In this document: piece by piece, positions 34,113 through 45,045 of the stretch
Numbering within the stretch: position 1 is the stretch's first letter
How the letters are laid out: each line of letters starts with the position of its first letter
Origin: Escherichia coli
GTDB taxonomy: Bacteria > Pseudomonadota > Gammaproteobacteria > Enterobacterales > Enterobacteriaceae
Assembly (NCBI RefSeq): GCF_044324785.1
Contig: NZ_CP172127.1
Direction: 5' to 3' (one strand)
Length of the DNA: 64,000 bases
Program-made: the position numbers and the translations under genes
The notes under the pieces: model-generated
Told to the model about the DNA's origin: nothing
What the model saw: the letters and a program-made list of their open reading frames with translations, nothing else
Databases searched by the model: none

Positions 34113-34140
34113 CGTTTATCAGGCATTATAACTCATTGAA

Positions 34141-35154
34141 TTACCGCTGCGTTTTCCCCGGCATTCGCGGGTCGTCTTTATATTCGGCGGTGGCAATCCA
34201 CGCCGCGCAAAACAGCGTCAAACGGGCGAAGAAGTAGAAAAATGCCATCAGCCCCAGCACGGAACCAAATGCTGCGCCAGAGGGGGATTTCATCAGCGAT
34301 GGCAGGGTGTAGGTCATCACGATTTTAATCACTTCAAAACCAATCGCAGCCAGAAATGTTCCGCGAATCAGGGCTTTTTTGCGCGGACGGTGGCGCGGCA
34401 AGCGCCAGAAGATCCAGAAGAAAAGCAGATAGTTGGCGAAGATGGAAATCGCCAGGCCAATCAACCGCCACGTCGGTTTCAGCCACTCAATGCTGTTCAG
34501 GTGCAGGGCGCTAATAATCATTTGCTGCGCCGAACCGGCAACCGAGGTGATCGAAAGCGTCACAATCAGTGCAATCAACAAACCAATCAGCGAAATAAAA
34601 TCACGCAGATATTTTACCCAGAACTTCTCCTGATCTTGCGGCGAGCGTTCCCAGACATCGCGTGACTGGGCGCGAATCGCTTCACGCAGGTTACCCATCC
34701 AGTTGATGCCGGAATAAAGCGCCACCGCCAGGCCGACAAGCCCTACGGTAGTACGCTGCTGAACGGCGGTGTTGATGGTGTTTTTCAACGTGGCGGCTAG
34801 CGTCGGATCGCTGATGTTTTGCAGAATTTTGTCGAAGATATCCTGTAGCAACATCGGATGGGAGGCCAGCACAAAGCCCCCTGCGGCAAACGACACCATC
34901 AAAATCGGGATCATCGACAAAAATGAGAAATAGGTGATAGCCGCACCAAACTGGTTACCCAGCCGATCGTTAAAGCGCTCTGTTGCGCGAATCAGGTGCG
35001 CAATAACCGGTTGGCGTTGGACTTTCTCGGCAGTAGTGGTGACGGTTTCCAGCGCCTGGCTAACTTTGCCGCCTTTCTCGCTATTATCCAACTGCTTAAT
35101 CGGCTCGTGCTCCAGATCCTGGGTGGGACGTTTGATCTCGTTTTCCTGCGTCAT
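34141..35154 (-). CDS. yhjD: Inner membrane protein YhjD (YihY/virulence-factor BrkB family)
   Basis: 337 aa multi-TM. Confidence 0.9.
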   Translation of the reverse strand: MTQENEIKRPTQDLEHEPIKQLDNSEKGGKVSQALETVTTTAEKVQRQPVIAHLIRATERFNDRLGNQFGAAITYFSFLSMIPILMVSFAAGGFVLASHPMLLQDIFDKILQNISDPTLAATLKNTINTAVQQRTTVGLVGLAVALYSGINWMGNLREAIRAQSRDVWERSPQDQEKFWVKYLRDFISLIGLLIALIVTLSITSVAGSAQQMIISALHLNSIEWLKPTWRLIGLAISIFANYLLFFWIFWRLPRHRPRKKALIRGTFLAAIGFEVIKIVMTYTLPSLMKSPSGAAFGSVLGLMAFFYFFARLTLFCAAWIATAEYKDDPRMPGKTQR

Positions 35155-35202
35155 CCGCTCTTTTGTCCTTCTGTCGTGGTCATTCTTAAAAAGTATAGTC
35201 GG

Positions 35203-36102
35203 TCAGTCCAGGTGCTCTTTCATTACGCCAGCCAGCCACTGCATAAACAGGTTTACACGCCGGGAAAGCTCCCGACGCTGCGGATAAATCAGCGAAAGGG
35301 AGAGCGGCTCGGCACGATAGCCAGGTAATACTTCAATAAGCCTCCCGGCACGCAGGGCTTCGCGCACGGCAATGCGCGGGATCTGAATAATCCCCAGACC
35401 GGCAAGACCGGCGGCGAGATAGTTTTCGCTACTGTTTACCGTCAACATGCCGCCAGACTTAAACCACTGGACGCCATTAACGCTGGCAACCTCAAAACCT
35501 AACGGATGTACACCCAGGTGCGGTGTGTAACGCACTATTGCGTGCGAAGTCAGATCGTCGGGGCTTTGCGGATAACCAAAGCGCGTCAGATAGTGCGGAC
35601 TGGCACAGTTGACCATGGTCAGTTTGCCGAGGGGACGGGCGATAACGCCATCTTCCGGTAACGCGCCAGTGCGTATCACGCAATCAAAACCATCATGAAG
35701 AATATCTACCGGACGGTCATGGCTACTCAGTTCCAGCTCAATTCCCGGATGCAGATAGAGAAATTCCGACAGGCGCGGCAGTAACAGGCTTTTCGCGATT
35801 CCTGGCGGGATGTCGATGCGTAATTTACCGCTGATACTGGTGGCATCCTGTTGAAACAGACCGTCCAGTTCGTTGAGATTACTCAACACATCTTTTGCCC
35901 GTTGATAATAGGTCATGCCTTCTGGCGTGAGTTTGACCCGTCGCGTAGTGCGCTGGAGAAGCTGGGTGCCAAGTTGATGTTCCAGTGCCTGTATCTGGCG
36001 CGAAACACTTCCCTTTGGCAAAGCAAAGAAATCCGCCGCGCGGGAAAAACTTTCCAGCTCCGCGACTTTGATGAACAACTGCATTGCGTGAATTTTATCC
36101 AT
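35203..36102 (-). CDS. yhjC: LysR-family transcriptional regulator YhjC
   Basis: HTH near N-terminus (MQLFIKVAELESFSRAADFFALPKGSVSRQIQALE); start at MDKIHAM gives 299 aa; the track ORF extends to 36174 without an SD. Confidence 0.85.
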   Translation of the reverse strand: MDKIHAMQLFIKVAELESFSRAADFFALPKGSVSRQIQALEHQLGTQLLQRTTRRVKLTPEGMTYYQRAKDVLSNLNELDGLFQQDATSISGKLRIDIPPGIAKSLLLPRLSEFLYLHPGIELELSSHDRPVDILHDGFDCVIRTGALPEDGVIARPLGKLTMVNCASPHYLTRFGYPQSPDDLTSHAIVRYTPHLGVHPLGFEVASVNGVQWFKSGGMLTVNSSENYLAAGLAGLGIIQIPRIAVREALRAGRLIEVLPGYRAEPLSLSLIYPQRRELSRRVNLFMQWLAGVMKEHLD

Positions 36103-36622
36103 TTCTTTGACCGATTGTTGTTCACAGCGAAACAGTAACGCGCATATCGCATTGTTTATTGTTTTTTCTAACATCTAATGCCGGGTTTCACAATGTTGTC
36201 ATGACGAATGTGGCGATTTCTCAGTAGGAAAAGGGCGGAATAGCTTTATGAGAAAGGTGAATTTCCCTAAACAGAGCGTTTTTTTTCAGCGATTCCCTTT
36301 AAAGTGAACAGAGGACGTGTTGGCTATTTGTGCTTATTTTTGTCTCATTGCCATTTGTTATTTTTGCTTGTGGTCGCGGAATTTCATTTTTAATTGCATG
36401 CGTACTAACCATCAATATAAGGAAATCCTCAAAATTGTTTTAAATAGTGCCCTCGACATGTAATTTCAGGCGTTTAGCTGTAACGATTTATATCGGTAAC
36501 TATTTTCTACGCGTCATCTCTGTAGAATGGCCACCGCCAAATGGCGAATTCTTATTTTTTCTCGCGGGTAATACCCTTCCACTACTTAAGTCTTTTTAAC
36601 GTATTCAGGTGGAGATTCAGTT

Positions 36623-37225
36623 ATGCAAATAGTCATGTTTGACAGGCAGTCAATATTTATTCATGGAATGAAAATCAGTTTACAGCAACGTATTCCAGGA
36701 GTGAGTATTCAGGGGGCCAGTCAGGCAGATGAGTTATGGCAAAAGCTGGAAAGTTACCCTGAAGCCTTAGTGATGCTCGATGGCGATCAGGATGGTGAGT
36801 TTTGCTACTGGTTGCTGCAAAAAACCGTGGTGCAATTTCCTGAGATTAAGGTGTTAATCACGGCGACGGATTGCAACAAACGGTGGTTACAGGAAGTTAT
36901 CCATTTTAATGTTCTGGCCATTGTGCCTCGTGATTCAACCGTTGAGACATTTGCGTTGGCGGTAAATAGTGCGGCGATGGGGATGATGTTTCTGCCTGGA
37001 GACTGGCGAACGACGCCGGAAAAGGACATTAAAGATCTCAAATCGTTAAGCGCCCGCCAGCGGGAGATTTTAACCATGTTAGCGGCGGGCGAATCAAATA
37101 AGGAGATCGGCAGGGCGCTGAATATCAGTACCGGAACGGTAAAAGCGCATCTGGAATCCCTTTATCGCCGTCTGGAAGTGAAAAATCGCACCCAGGCGGC
37201 AATGATGTTAAATATCTCCTCCTGA
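36623..37225 (+). CDS. yhjB: LuxR/FixJ-type regulator YhjB
   Basis: 200 aa with C-terminal LuxR HTH (LSARQREILTMLAAGESNKEIGRALNISTGTVKAHL). Confidence 0.9.
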   Translation: MQIVMFDRQSIFIHGMKISLQQRIPGVSIQGASQADELWQKLESYPEALVMLDGDQDGEFCYWLLQKTVVQFPEIKVLITATDCNKRWLQEVIHFNVLAIVPRDSTVETFALAVNSAAMGMMFLPGDWRTTPEKDIKDLKSLSARQREILTMLAAGESNKEIGRALNISTGTVKAHLESLYRRLEVKNRTQAAMMLNISS

Positions 37226-37275
37226 AGAGGATAATTTTACAGCCAGCAGGAAGTTAGCGGCTGGCTGTAAAAATA

Positions 37276-38955
<1,680 letters not shown>

Positions 38956-39329
38956 TTATCGGGCTTTTATTTAAGGGTAGTCATTCGCTCCGCCTGGTGG
39001 GCGACAAACCGTGCGGTGGATCACGTTTATTAACCTGTCAAAAAATATAACGCACTAATATCCATGGAATTTATAAAAATACAGATTTCGTGTTGTTTTT
39101 CATTTTCAGAACATTCAATCCTGCTCTCGCCGCAATCATGATATGCCATTCCTGATCTGGGTAATAGGCACAGGCTATCTTATTGATAGTTTATATTCAT
39201 GTAATTGATTGATTCCTATCAAAAAGCGTATTTCCCTGTTTTTTATGATGGCTTTGTCTCGCAGAGACGTTTGCAGCATTCTGGAAAATTTTCTGGGTCA
39301 CAATAACTCACCACCGTGAGGGAAGAATA

Positions 39330-40727
39330 ATGAAAATGGTCTCACGTATTACCGCGATCGGCCTGGCTGGCGTCGCGATTTGCTATTTAGGGTTATCTGG
39401 TTATGTGTGGTACCACGATAATAAACGCAGTAAACAGGCTGATGTTCAGGCATCTGCTGTCAGTGAAAATAATAAGGTTTTAGGCTTTCTCCGCGAAAAA
39501 GGATGCGACTATTGCCACACGCCTTCGGCAGAATTACCCGCCTATTATTATATTCCTGGCGCGAAACAGTTGATGGATTACGACATTAAGCTTGGATATA
39601 AATCTTTTAACCTCGAGGCCGTGCGTGCGGCTCTGCTGGCTGATAAACCCGTTTCGCAAAGCGATCTGAATAAGATTGAATGGGTGATGCAGTATGAAAC
39701 CATGCCACCAACGCGTTATACCGCGCTACACTGGGCGGGTAAGGTGAGTGATGAAGAGCGGGCGGAAATACTCGCCTGGATTGCAAAACAGCGTGCGGAA
39801 TATTACGCCAGCAATGACATTGCTCCGGAGCATCGCAATGAACCGGTGCAGCCCATCCCGCAAAAACTGCCTACCGATGCGCAAAAAGTGGCGTTGGGCT
39901 TTGCGCTGTATCACGATCCCCGTTTATCGGCTGATAGCACCATTTCATGCGCTCATTGCCATGCGTTGAATGCGGGGGGCGTCGATGGCAGAAAAACATC
40001 GATTGGTGTTGGTGGCGCAGTGGGGCCGATTAACGCGCCGACGGTATTTAACTCAGTATTTAACGTTGAGCAGTTCTGGGATGGTCGTGCGGCAACATTG
40101 CAGGATCAGGCTGGTGGACCGCCGTTGAATCCGATTGAAATGGCGTCGAAATCCTGGGACGAAATTATTGCTAAGCTGGAAAAAGATCCGCAGCTTAAAG
40201 CGCAGTTCCTTGAAGTCTATCCGCAAGGTTTCAGTGGCGAAAATATTACTGATGCCATTGCTGAATTTGAGAAAACATTAATTACGCCGGATTCCCCATT
40301 TGATAAATGGTTGCGTGGAGATGAGAATGCGCTGACGGCACAACAGAAAAAAGGCTATCAATTATTTAAAGATAATAAATGTGCAACTTGTCATGGTGGT
40401 ATTATTCTCGGCGGACGTTCCTTCGAACCGTTGGGGCTGAAAAAAGACTTTAACTTTGGTGAAATTACGGCGGCGGATATTGGTCGTATGAATGTTACTA
40501 AAGAAGAGCGCGATAAATTGCGTCAGAAAGTACCCGGTTTACGTAACGTTGCACTAACGGCACCGTACTTCCATCGCGGTGATGTGCCGACGCTGGACGG
40601 GGCGGTGAAACTGATGTTGCGCTATCAGGTAGGCAAAGAGCTGCCGCAGGAGGATGTGGATGATATCGTAGCTTTCCTGCACAGTCTGAACGGGGTTTAC
40701 ACGCCGTATATGCAGGATAAACAATAA
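39330..40727 (+). CDS. yhjA: Cytochrome c peroxidase YhjA (Ccp)
   Basis: 465 aa with three CxxCH heme motifs (CDYCH, CAHCH, CATCH) and N-terminal TM anchor. Confidence 0.92.
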   Translation: MKMVSRITAIGLAGVAICYLGLSGYVWYHDNKRSKQADVQASAVSENNKVLGFLREKGCDYCHTPSAELPAYYYIPGAKQLMDYDIKLGYKSFNLEAVRAALLADKPVSQSDLNKIEWVMQYETMPPTRYTALHWAGKVSDEERAEILAWIAKQRAEYYASNDIAPEHRNEPVQPIPQKLPTDAQKVALGFALYHDPRLSADSTISCAHCHALNAGGVDGRKTSIGVGGAVGPINAPTVFNSVFNVEQFWDGRAATLQDQAGGPPLNPIEMASKSWDEIIAKLEKDPQLKAQFLEVYPQGFSGENITDAIAEFEKTLITPDSPFDKWLRGDENALTAQQKKGYQLFKDNKCATCHGGIILGGRSFEPLGLKKDFNFGEITAADIGRMNVTKEERDKLRQKVPGLRNVALTAPYFHRGDVPTLDGAVKLMLRYQVGKELPQEDVDDIVAFLHSLNGVYTPYMQDKQ

Positions 40728-40838
40728 TTAATTTAATCGCCCGAACAGGAATGTTTGGGCGATTTTCATTACGATAATAAAGTCTGTTTTTAATATTATC
40801 ATGTTAAATGTTTATATTATAAAAAGTCGTTTTTCTGC

Positions 40839-40858
40839 TTAGGATTTTGTTATTTAAA
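40839..40858 (+). promoter_or_regulatory. GAD box upstream of gadA (GadE/GadX/GadW site)
   Basis: ttaggattttgttatttaaa, about 80 bp upstream of the gadA start, matches the recalled 20-bp GAD box. Confidence 0.7.
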
Positions 40859-40937
40859 TTAAGCCTGTAATGCCTTGCTTCCATTGCGGATAAATCCTAC
40901 TTTTTTATTGCCTTCAAATAAATTTAAGGAGTTCGAA

Positions 40938-42338
40938 ATGGACCAGAAGCTGTTAACGGATTTCCGCTCAGAACTACTCGATTCACGTTTTGGCGCAAAG
41001 GCCATTTCTACTATCGCGGAGTCAAAACGATTTCCGCTGCATGAAATGCGCGATGATGTCGCATTCCAGATTATCAATGATGAATTATATCTTGATGGCA
41101 ACGCTCGTCAGAACCTGGCCACTTTTTGCCAGACCTGGGACGACGAAAACGTCCATAAATTGATGGATTTGTCGATCAATAAAAACTGGATCGACAAAGA
41201 AGAATATCCGCAATCTGCAGCCATCGACCTGCGTTGCGTAAACATGGTTGCCGATCTGTGGCATGCGCCTGCACCGAAAAATGGTCAGGCCGTTGGCACC
41301 AACACCATTGGTTCTTCCGAGGCCTGTATGCTCGGCGGGATGGCGATGAAATGGCGTTGGCGCAAGCGTATGGAAGCCGCAGGTAAGCCGACCAACAAAC
41401 CAAACCTGGTGTGCGGTCCGGTACAAATCTGCTGGCATAAATTCGCCCGCTACTGGGATGTGGAGCTGCGTGAGATCCCTATGCGCCCCGGTCAGTTGTT
41501 TATGGACCCGAAACGCATGATTGAAGCCTGCGACGAAAACACCATCGGCGTGGTGCCGACTTTCGGCGTGACCTACACCGGTAACTATGAGTTCCCGCAA
41601 CCGCTGCACGATGCGCTGGATAAATTCCAGGCCGACACCGGTATCGACATCGACATGCACATCGACGCTGCCAGCGGTGGCTTCCTGGCACCGTTCGTTG
41701 CCCCGGATATCGTCTGGGACTTCCGCCTGCCGCGTGTGAAATCGATCAGTGCTTCAGGCCATAAATTCGGTCTGGCTCCGCTGGGCTGCGGCTGGGTTAT
41801 CTGGCGTGATGAAGAAGCGCTGCCGCAGGAACTGGTGTTCAACGTTGACTACCTCGGTGGTCAGATTGGGACTTTCGCCATCAACTTCTCCCGCCCGGCG
41901 GGTCAGGTGATTGCACAGTACTATGAATTCCTGCGCCTTGGTCGTGAAGGCTATACCAAAGTACAGAACGCTTCCTACCAGGTTGCCGCTTATCTCGCGG
42001 ATGAAATCGCCAAACTGGGGCCGTATGAGTTCATCTGTACCGGTCGCCCGGACGAAGGCATCCCGGCGGTTTGCTTCAAACTGAAAGATGGTGAAGACCC
42101 GGGATACACCCTGTATGACCTCTCTGAACGTCTGCGTCTGCGCGGCTGGCAGGTTCCGGCCTTCACTCTCGGCGGTGAAGCCACTGACATCGTGGTGATG
42201 CGCATTATGTGTCGTCGCGGCTTCGAAATGGACTTTGCTGAACTGTTGCTGGAAGACTACAAAGCCTCCCTGAAATATCTCAGCGATCACCCGAAACTGC
42301 AGGGTATTGCCCAGCAGAACAGCTTTAAACACACCTGA
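40938..42338 (+). CDS. gadA: Glutamate decarboxylase GadA
   Basis: 466 aa from [15 protein letters not shown]; PLP-dependent decarboxylase; adjacent to gadX, which distinguishes it from gadB. Confidence 0.93.
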   Translation: MDQKLLTDFRSELLDSRFGAKAISTIAESKRFPLHEMRDDVAFQIINDELYLDGNARQNLATFCQTWDDENVHKLMDLSINKNWIDKEEYPQSAAIDLRCVNMVADLWHAPAPKNGQAVGTNTIGSSEACMLGGMAMKWRWRKRMEAAGKPTNKPNLVCGPVQICWHKFARYWDVELREIPMRPGQLFMDPKRMIEACDENTIGVVPTFGVTYTGNYEFPQPLHDALDKFQADTGIDIDMHIDAASGGFLAPFVAPDIVWDFRLPRVKSISASGHKFGLAPLGCGWVIWRDEEALPQELVFNVDYLGGQIGTFAINFSRPAGQVIAQYYEFLRLGREGYTKVQNASYQVAAYLADEIAKLGPYEFICTGRPDEGIPAVCFKLKDGEDPGYTLYDLSERLRLRGWQVPAFTLGGEATDIVVMRIMCRRGFEMDFAELLLEDYKASLKYLSDHPKLQGIAQQNSFKHT

Positions 42339-42356
42339 TAACATAACGTTGTAAAA

Positions 42357-42404
42357 ACCGAATGCCCAACCTTTAAAAAACAGTTGGGCATTCGGTTGCT
42401 TATT
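42357..42404 (+). terminator. Rho-independent terminator after gadA
   Basis: accgaatgcccaac ... gttgggcattcggt hairpin followed by tgcttatt. Confidence 0.7.
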
Positions 42405-42697
42405 AATAGCAATAATATATTGGCTGTCTATTCATCGTGTTGATAAGATATATGTTATATGAATGTTTATTCAATGTAACGGATACTTCCAATGTCACGG
42501 CAAGGGATTATTTGCTTACTATTAATTTCACTGCGTTCTTAAGCACGCCTTTTGTATTATAAATCCAGTCATCCTGCCCGTAGATTATCATCCTGTTTTC
42601 CCGCTTCGTTTAAATTTATTTATCAATCAATTTGACTTAAGAGGGCGGCGTGCTACATTAATAAACAGTAATATGTTTATGTAATATTAAGCCAACT

Positions 42698-43522
42698 ATG
42701 CAATCACTACATGGGAATTGTCTAATTGCGTACGCAAGACATAAATATATTCTCACCATGGTTAATGGTGAATATCGCTATTTTAATGGCGGTGACCTGG
42801 TTTTTGCGGATGCAAGCCAAATTCGAGTAGATAAGTGTGTTGAACATTTCATATTAGTTTCAAGGGATACGCTTTCATTATTTCTCCCGATGCTCAAGGA
42901 GGAGGCATTAAAACTTCATGCACATAAAAAAGTTCCTTCATTACTCGTTCATCACTGTACCAGAGATATTCCTGTTTTTCAGGAAGTTGCGCAACTATCG
43001 CAGAATAAGAATCTTCGCTATGCAGAAACGCTACGTAAAAGAGCATTAATCTTTGCGCTGTTATCTGTTTTTCTGGAGGATGAGCAGTTTATACCGCTAC
43101 TTCTGAACGTTTTGCAACCGAACATGCGAACACGAGTTTGTACGGTTATCAATAATAATATCGCACATGAGTGGACACTAGCCCGAATCGCCAGCGAGCT
43201 GTTGATGAGTCCAAGCCTGTTAAAGAAAAAATTGCGCGAAGAAGAGACTTCATATTCACAGTTGCTTACTGAGTGTAGAATGCAACGTGCTTTGCAACTT
43301 ATTGTTATACATGGTTTTTCAATTAAGCGAGTTGCAGTGTCCTGTGGATATCACAGCGTGTCGTATTTCATTTACGTTTTTCGAAATTATTATGGGATGA
43401 CGCCCACAGAGTATCAGGAGCGATCAGCGCAGGGATTGCCGAACCGTGACTCGGCGGCAAGTATTGTTGCACAAGGGAATTTTTACGGCACTGACCGTTC
43501 TGCGGAAGGAATAAGATTGTAG
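42698..43522 (+). CDS. gadX: AraC-family acid resistance regulator GadX
   Basis: 274 aa with C-terminal AraC HTH. Confidence 0.92.
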   Translation: MQSLHGNCLIAYARHKYILTMVNGEYRYFNGGDLVFADASQIRVDKCVEHFILVSRDTLSLFLPMLKEEALKLHAHKKVPSLLVHHCTRDIPVFQEVAQLSQNKNLRYAETLRKRALIFALLSVFLEDEQFIPLLLNVLQPNMRTRVCTVINNNIAHEWTLARIASELLMSPSLLKKKLREEETSYSQLLTECRMQRALQLIVIHGFSIKRVAVSCGYHSVSYFIYVFRNYYGMTPTEYQERSAQGLPNRDSAASIVAQGNFYGTDRSAEGIRL

Positions 43523-43539
43523 AGTTTTACTCAGAGATA

Positions 43540-43644
43540 AAAAAAACCCGGCATAGGGGACCGGGAAGAGGATAGTCTGCCGTCTCCAGACTAATAAACC
43601 GTTATAACACTCCCTGTTGGCACGGGAAACTTTGTGCTCTCAGT
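43540..43644 (-). ncRNA. gadY: GadY small regulatory RNA
   Basis: Minus-strand sequence actgagagcacaaagtttcccgtgccaacaggg...cccctatgccgggtttttttt matches recalled 105-nt GadY; terminator hairpin plus U-run at the 3' end; convergent with gadX. Confidence 0.8.
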
Positions 43645-43890
43645 AAGTTAAATATAACTTTTACTGGAAATAAGATCAGCCATTTTTTTATAAACATAAG
43701 CTATACGCTGTGCGAAAATATATTCGTGCTGCATTTACTTATTATCAATTAACTGTTATGCAAAACTACTTTGTGGATAAATTTTGGTCCTACCAAATCT
43801 GGCAGTTTTTGCGCTAAGAAACAGTCTGGCATCATTTCATTAGTATACTGAAATTGAAATAATCGCAGTAATGAAATATAAGGGATAGTC

Positions 43891-44619
43891 ATGACTCATG
43901 TCTGCTCGGTGATCCTCGTTCGTCGTTCATTTGATATTTATCATGAACAGCAAAAAATATCGTTGCACAACGAGAGTATCCTGTTACTGGATAAAAATTT
44001 GGCAGACGATTTTGCGTTTTGTTCACCGGATACGCGACGACTGGATATCGATGAGCTGACAGTTTGCCATTACTTACAAAATATTCGTCAGATACCACGC
44101 AATTTAGGGTTACATAGCAAAGACCGTCTGTTAATTAACCAGTCACCCCCCATGCCGCTGGTGACGGCGATTTTTGATAGTTTCAATGAATCAGGGGTAA
44201 ATTCACCGATACTGAGCAAAATGCTCTATCTTTCCTGTTTATCGATGTTTTCTCATAAGAAAGAACTGATCCCCTTACTTTTCAATAGTATCAGTACTGT
44301 TTCAGGAAAAGTTGAACGCCTTATTAGCTTTGATATCGCCAAACGTTGGTATCTGCGCGATATCGCGGAAAGAATGTATACCAGCGAGAGTCTCATCAAA
44401 AAAAAGTTGCAGGATGAAAATACCTGTTTCAGTAAAATATTACTCGCCTCCAGGATGTCGATGGCCAGACGATTACTCGAGTTACGTCAAATTCCTCTGC
44501 ATACTATTGCGGAAAAATGTGGATATAGCAGTACGTCGTACTTTATAAACACATTTCGACAATATTATGGTGTAACGCCACATCAGTTTGCGCAACATTC
44601 GCCAGGTACCTTTTCCTGA
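43891..44619 (+). CDS. gadW: AraC-family acid resistance regulator GadW
   Basis: 242 aa with AraC HTH. Confidence 0.92.
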   Translation: MTHVCSVILVRRSFDIYHEQQKISLHNESILLLDKNLADDFAFCSPDTRRLDIDELTVCHYLQNIRQIPRNLGLHSKDRLLINQSPPMPLVTAIFDSFNESGVNSPILSKMLYLSCLSMFSHKKELIPLLFNSISTVSGKVERLISFDIAKRWYLRDIAERMYTSESLIKKKLQDENTCFSKILLASRMSMARRLLELRQIPLHTIAEKCGYSSTSYFINTFRQYYGVTPHQFAQHSPGTFS

Positions 44620-44763
44620 CATATTTCGCATTTGAATATTGGTCAGGATCTCACACCTGCTTCATGTGAAACTCTTCCCTGATGATTTCTGCCGGGCTAC
44701 CGGCTAGTTCTCTTTCGCAGTTTGCCAGGCGGTATAGGTATTTTCAGGAGGAAAAGACTCGGC

Positions 44764-45045
44764 ATGTTTGGGATTATTAAGCTGACAATTCATACGATTA
44801 CGGGAATGTGGGTCAGTATTGTGCTGTTCAAATTGATGACGAATGGCTGGAGTGGTTTCTACTTTCAGTGCTGTGTACTAAGCCTGGTATTCCTGACGGT
44901 TAGCTGGTTGTTGAGTGGTGAATGGTTAGCAGGAAAGAGTAAGGCTGAACCTTCACGTTCAACCTTACTCTCATTTACACGTTACGCTTTTTTAAAGCGG
45001 GCAAAGAGATGTTCCACTACAACGAAAAAGACCGGAACGAAGTAA
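44764..45045 (+). CDS. Candidate small membrane protein ORF (93 aa) in the gadW-mdtF spacer
   Basis: AGGAGG at 44746-44751, ATG at 44764; two hydrophobic segments; 3' end overlaps the mdtF 3' end by about 60 nt; unverified. Confidence 0.25.
   Translation: MFGIIKLTIHTITGMWVSIVLFKLMTNGWSGFYFQCCVLSLVFLTVSWLLSGEWLAGKSKAEPSRSTLLSFTRYAFLKRAKRCSTTTKKTGTK

Noticed and set aside
36103-36174. Longer yhjC start at 36174 (323 aa)
   Set aside because: No SD before it; the internal ATG at 36102 gives the recalled 299-aa protein. Still uncertain.
41085-41660. 191-aa minus-strand ORF inside gadA
   Set aside because: Antisense to gadA; no RBS.
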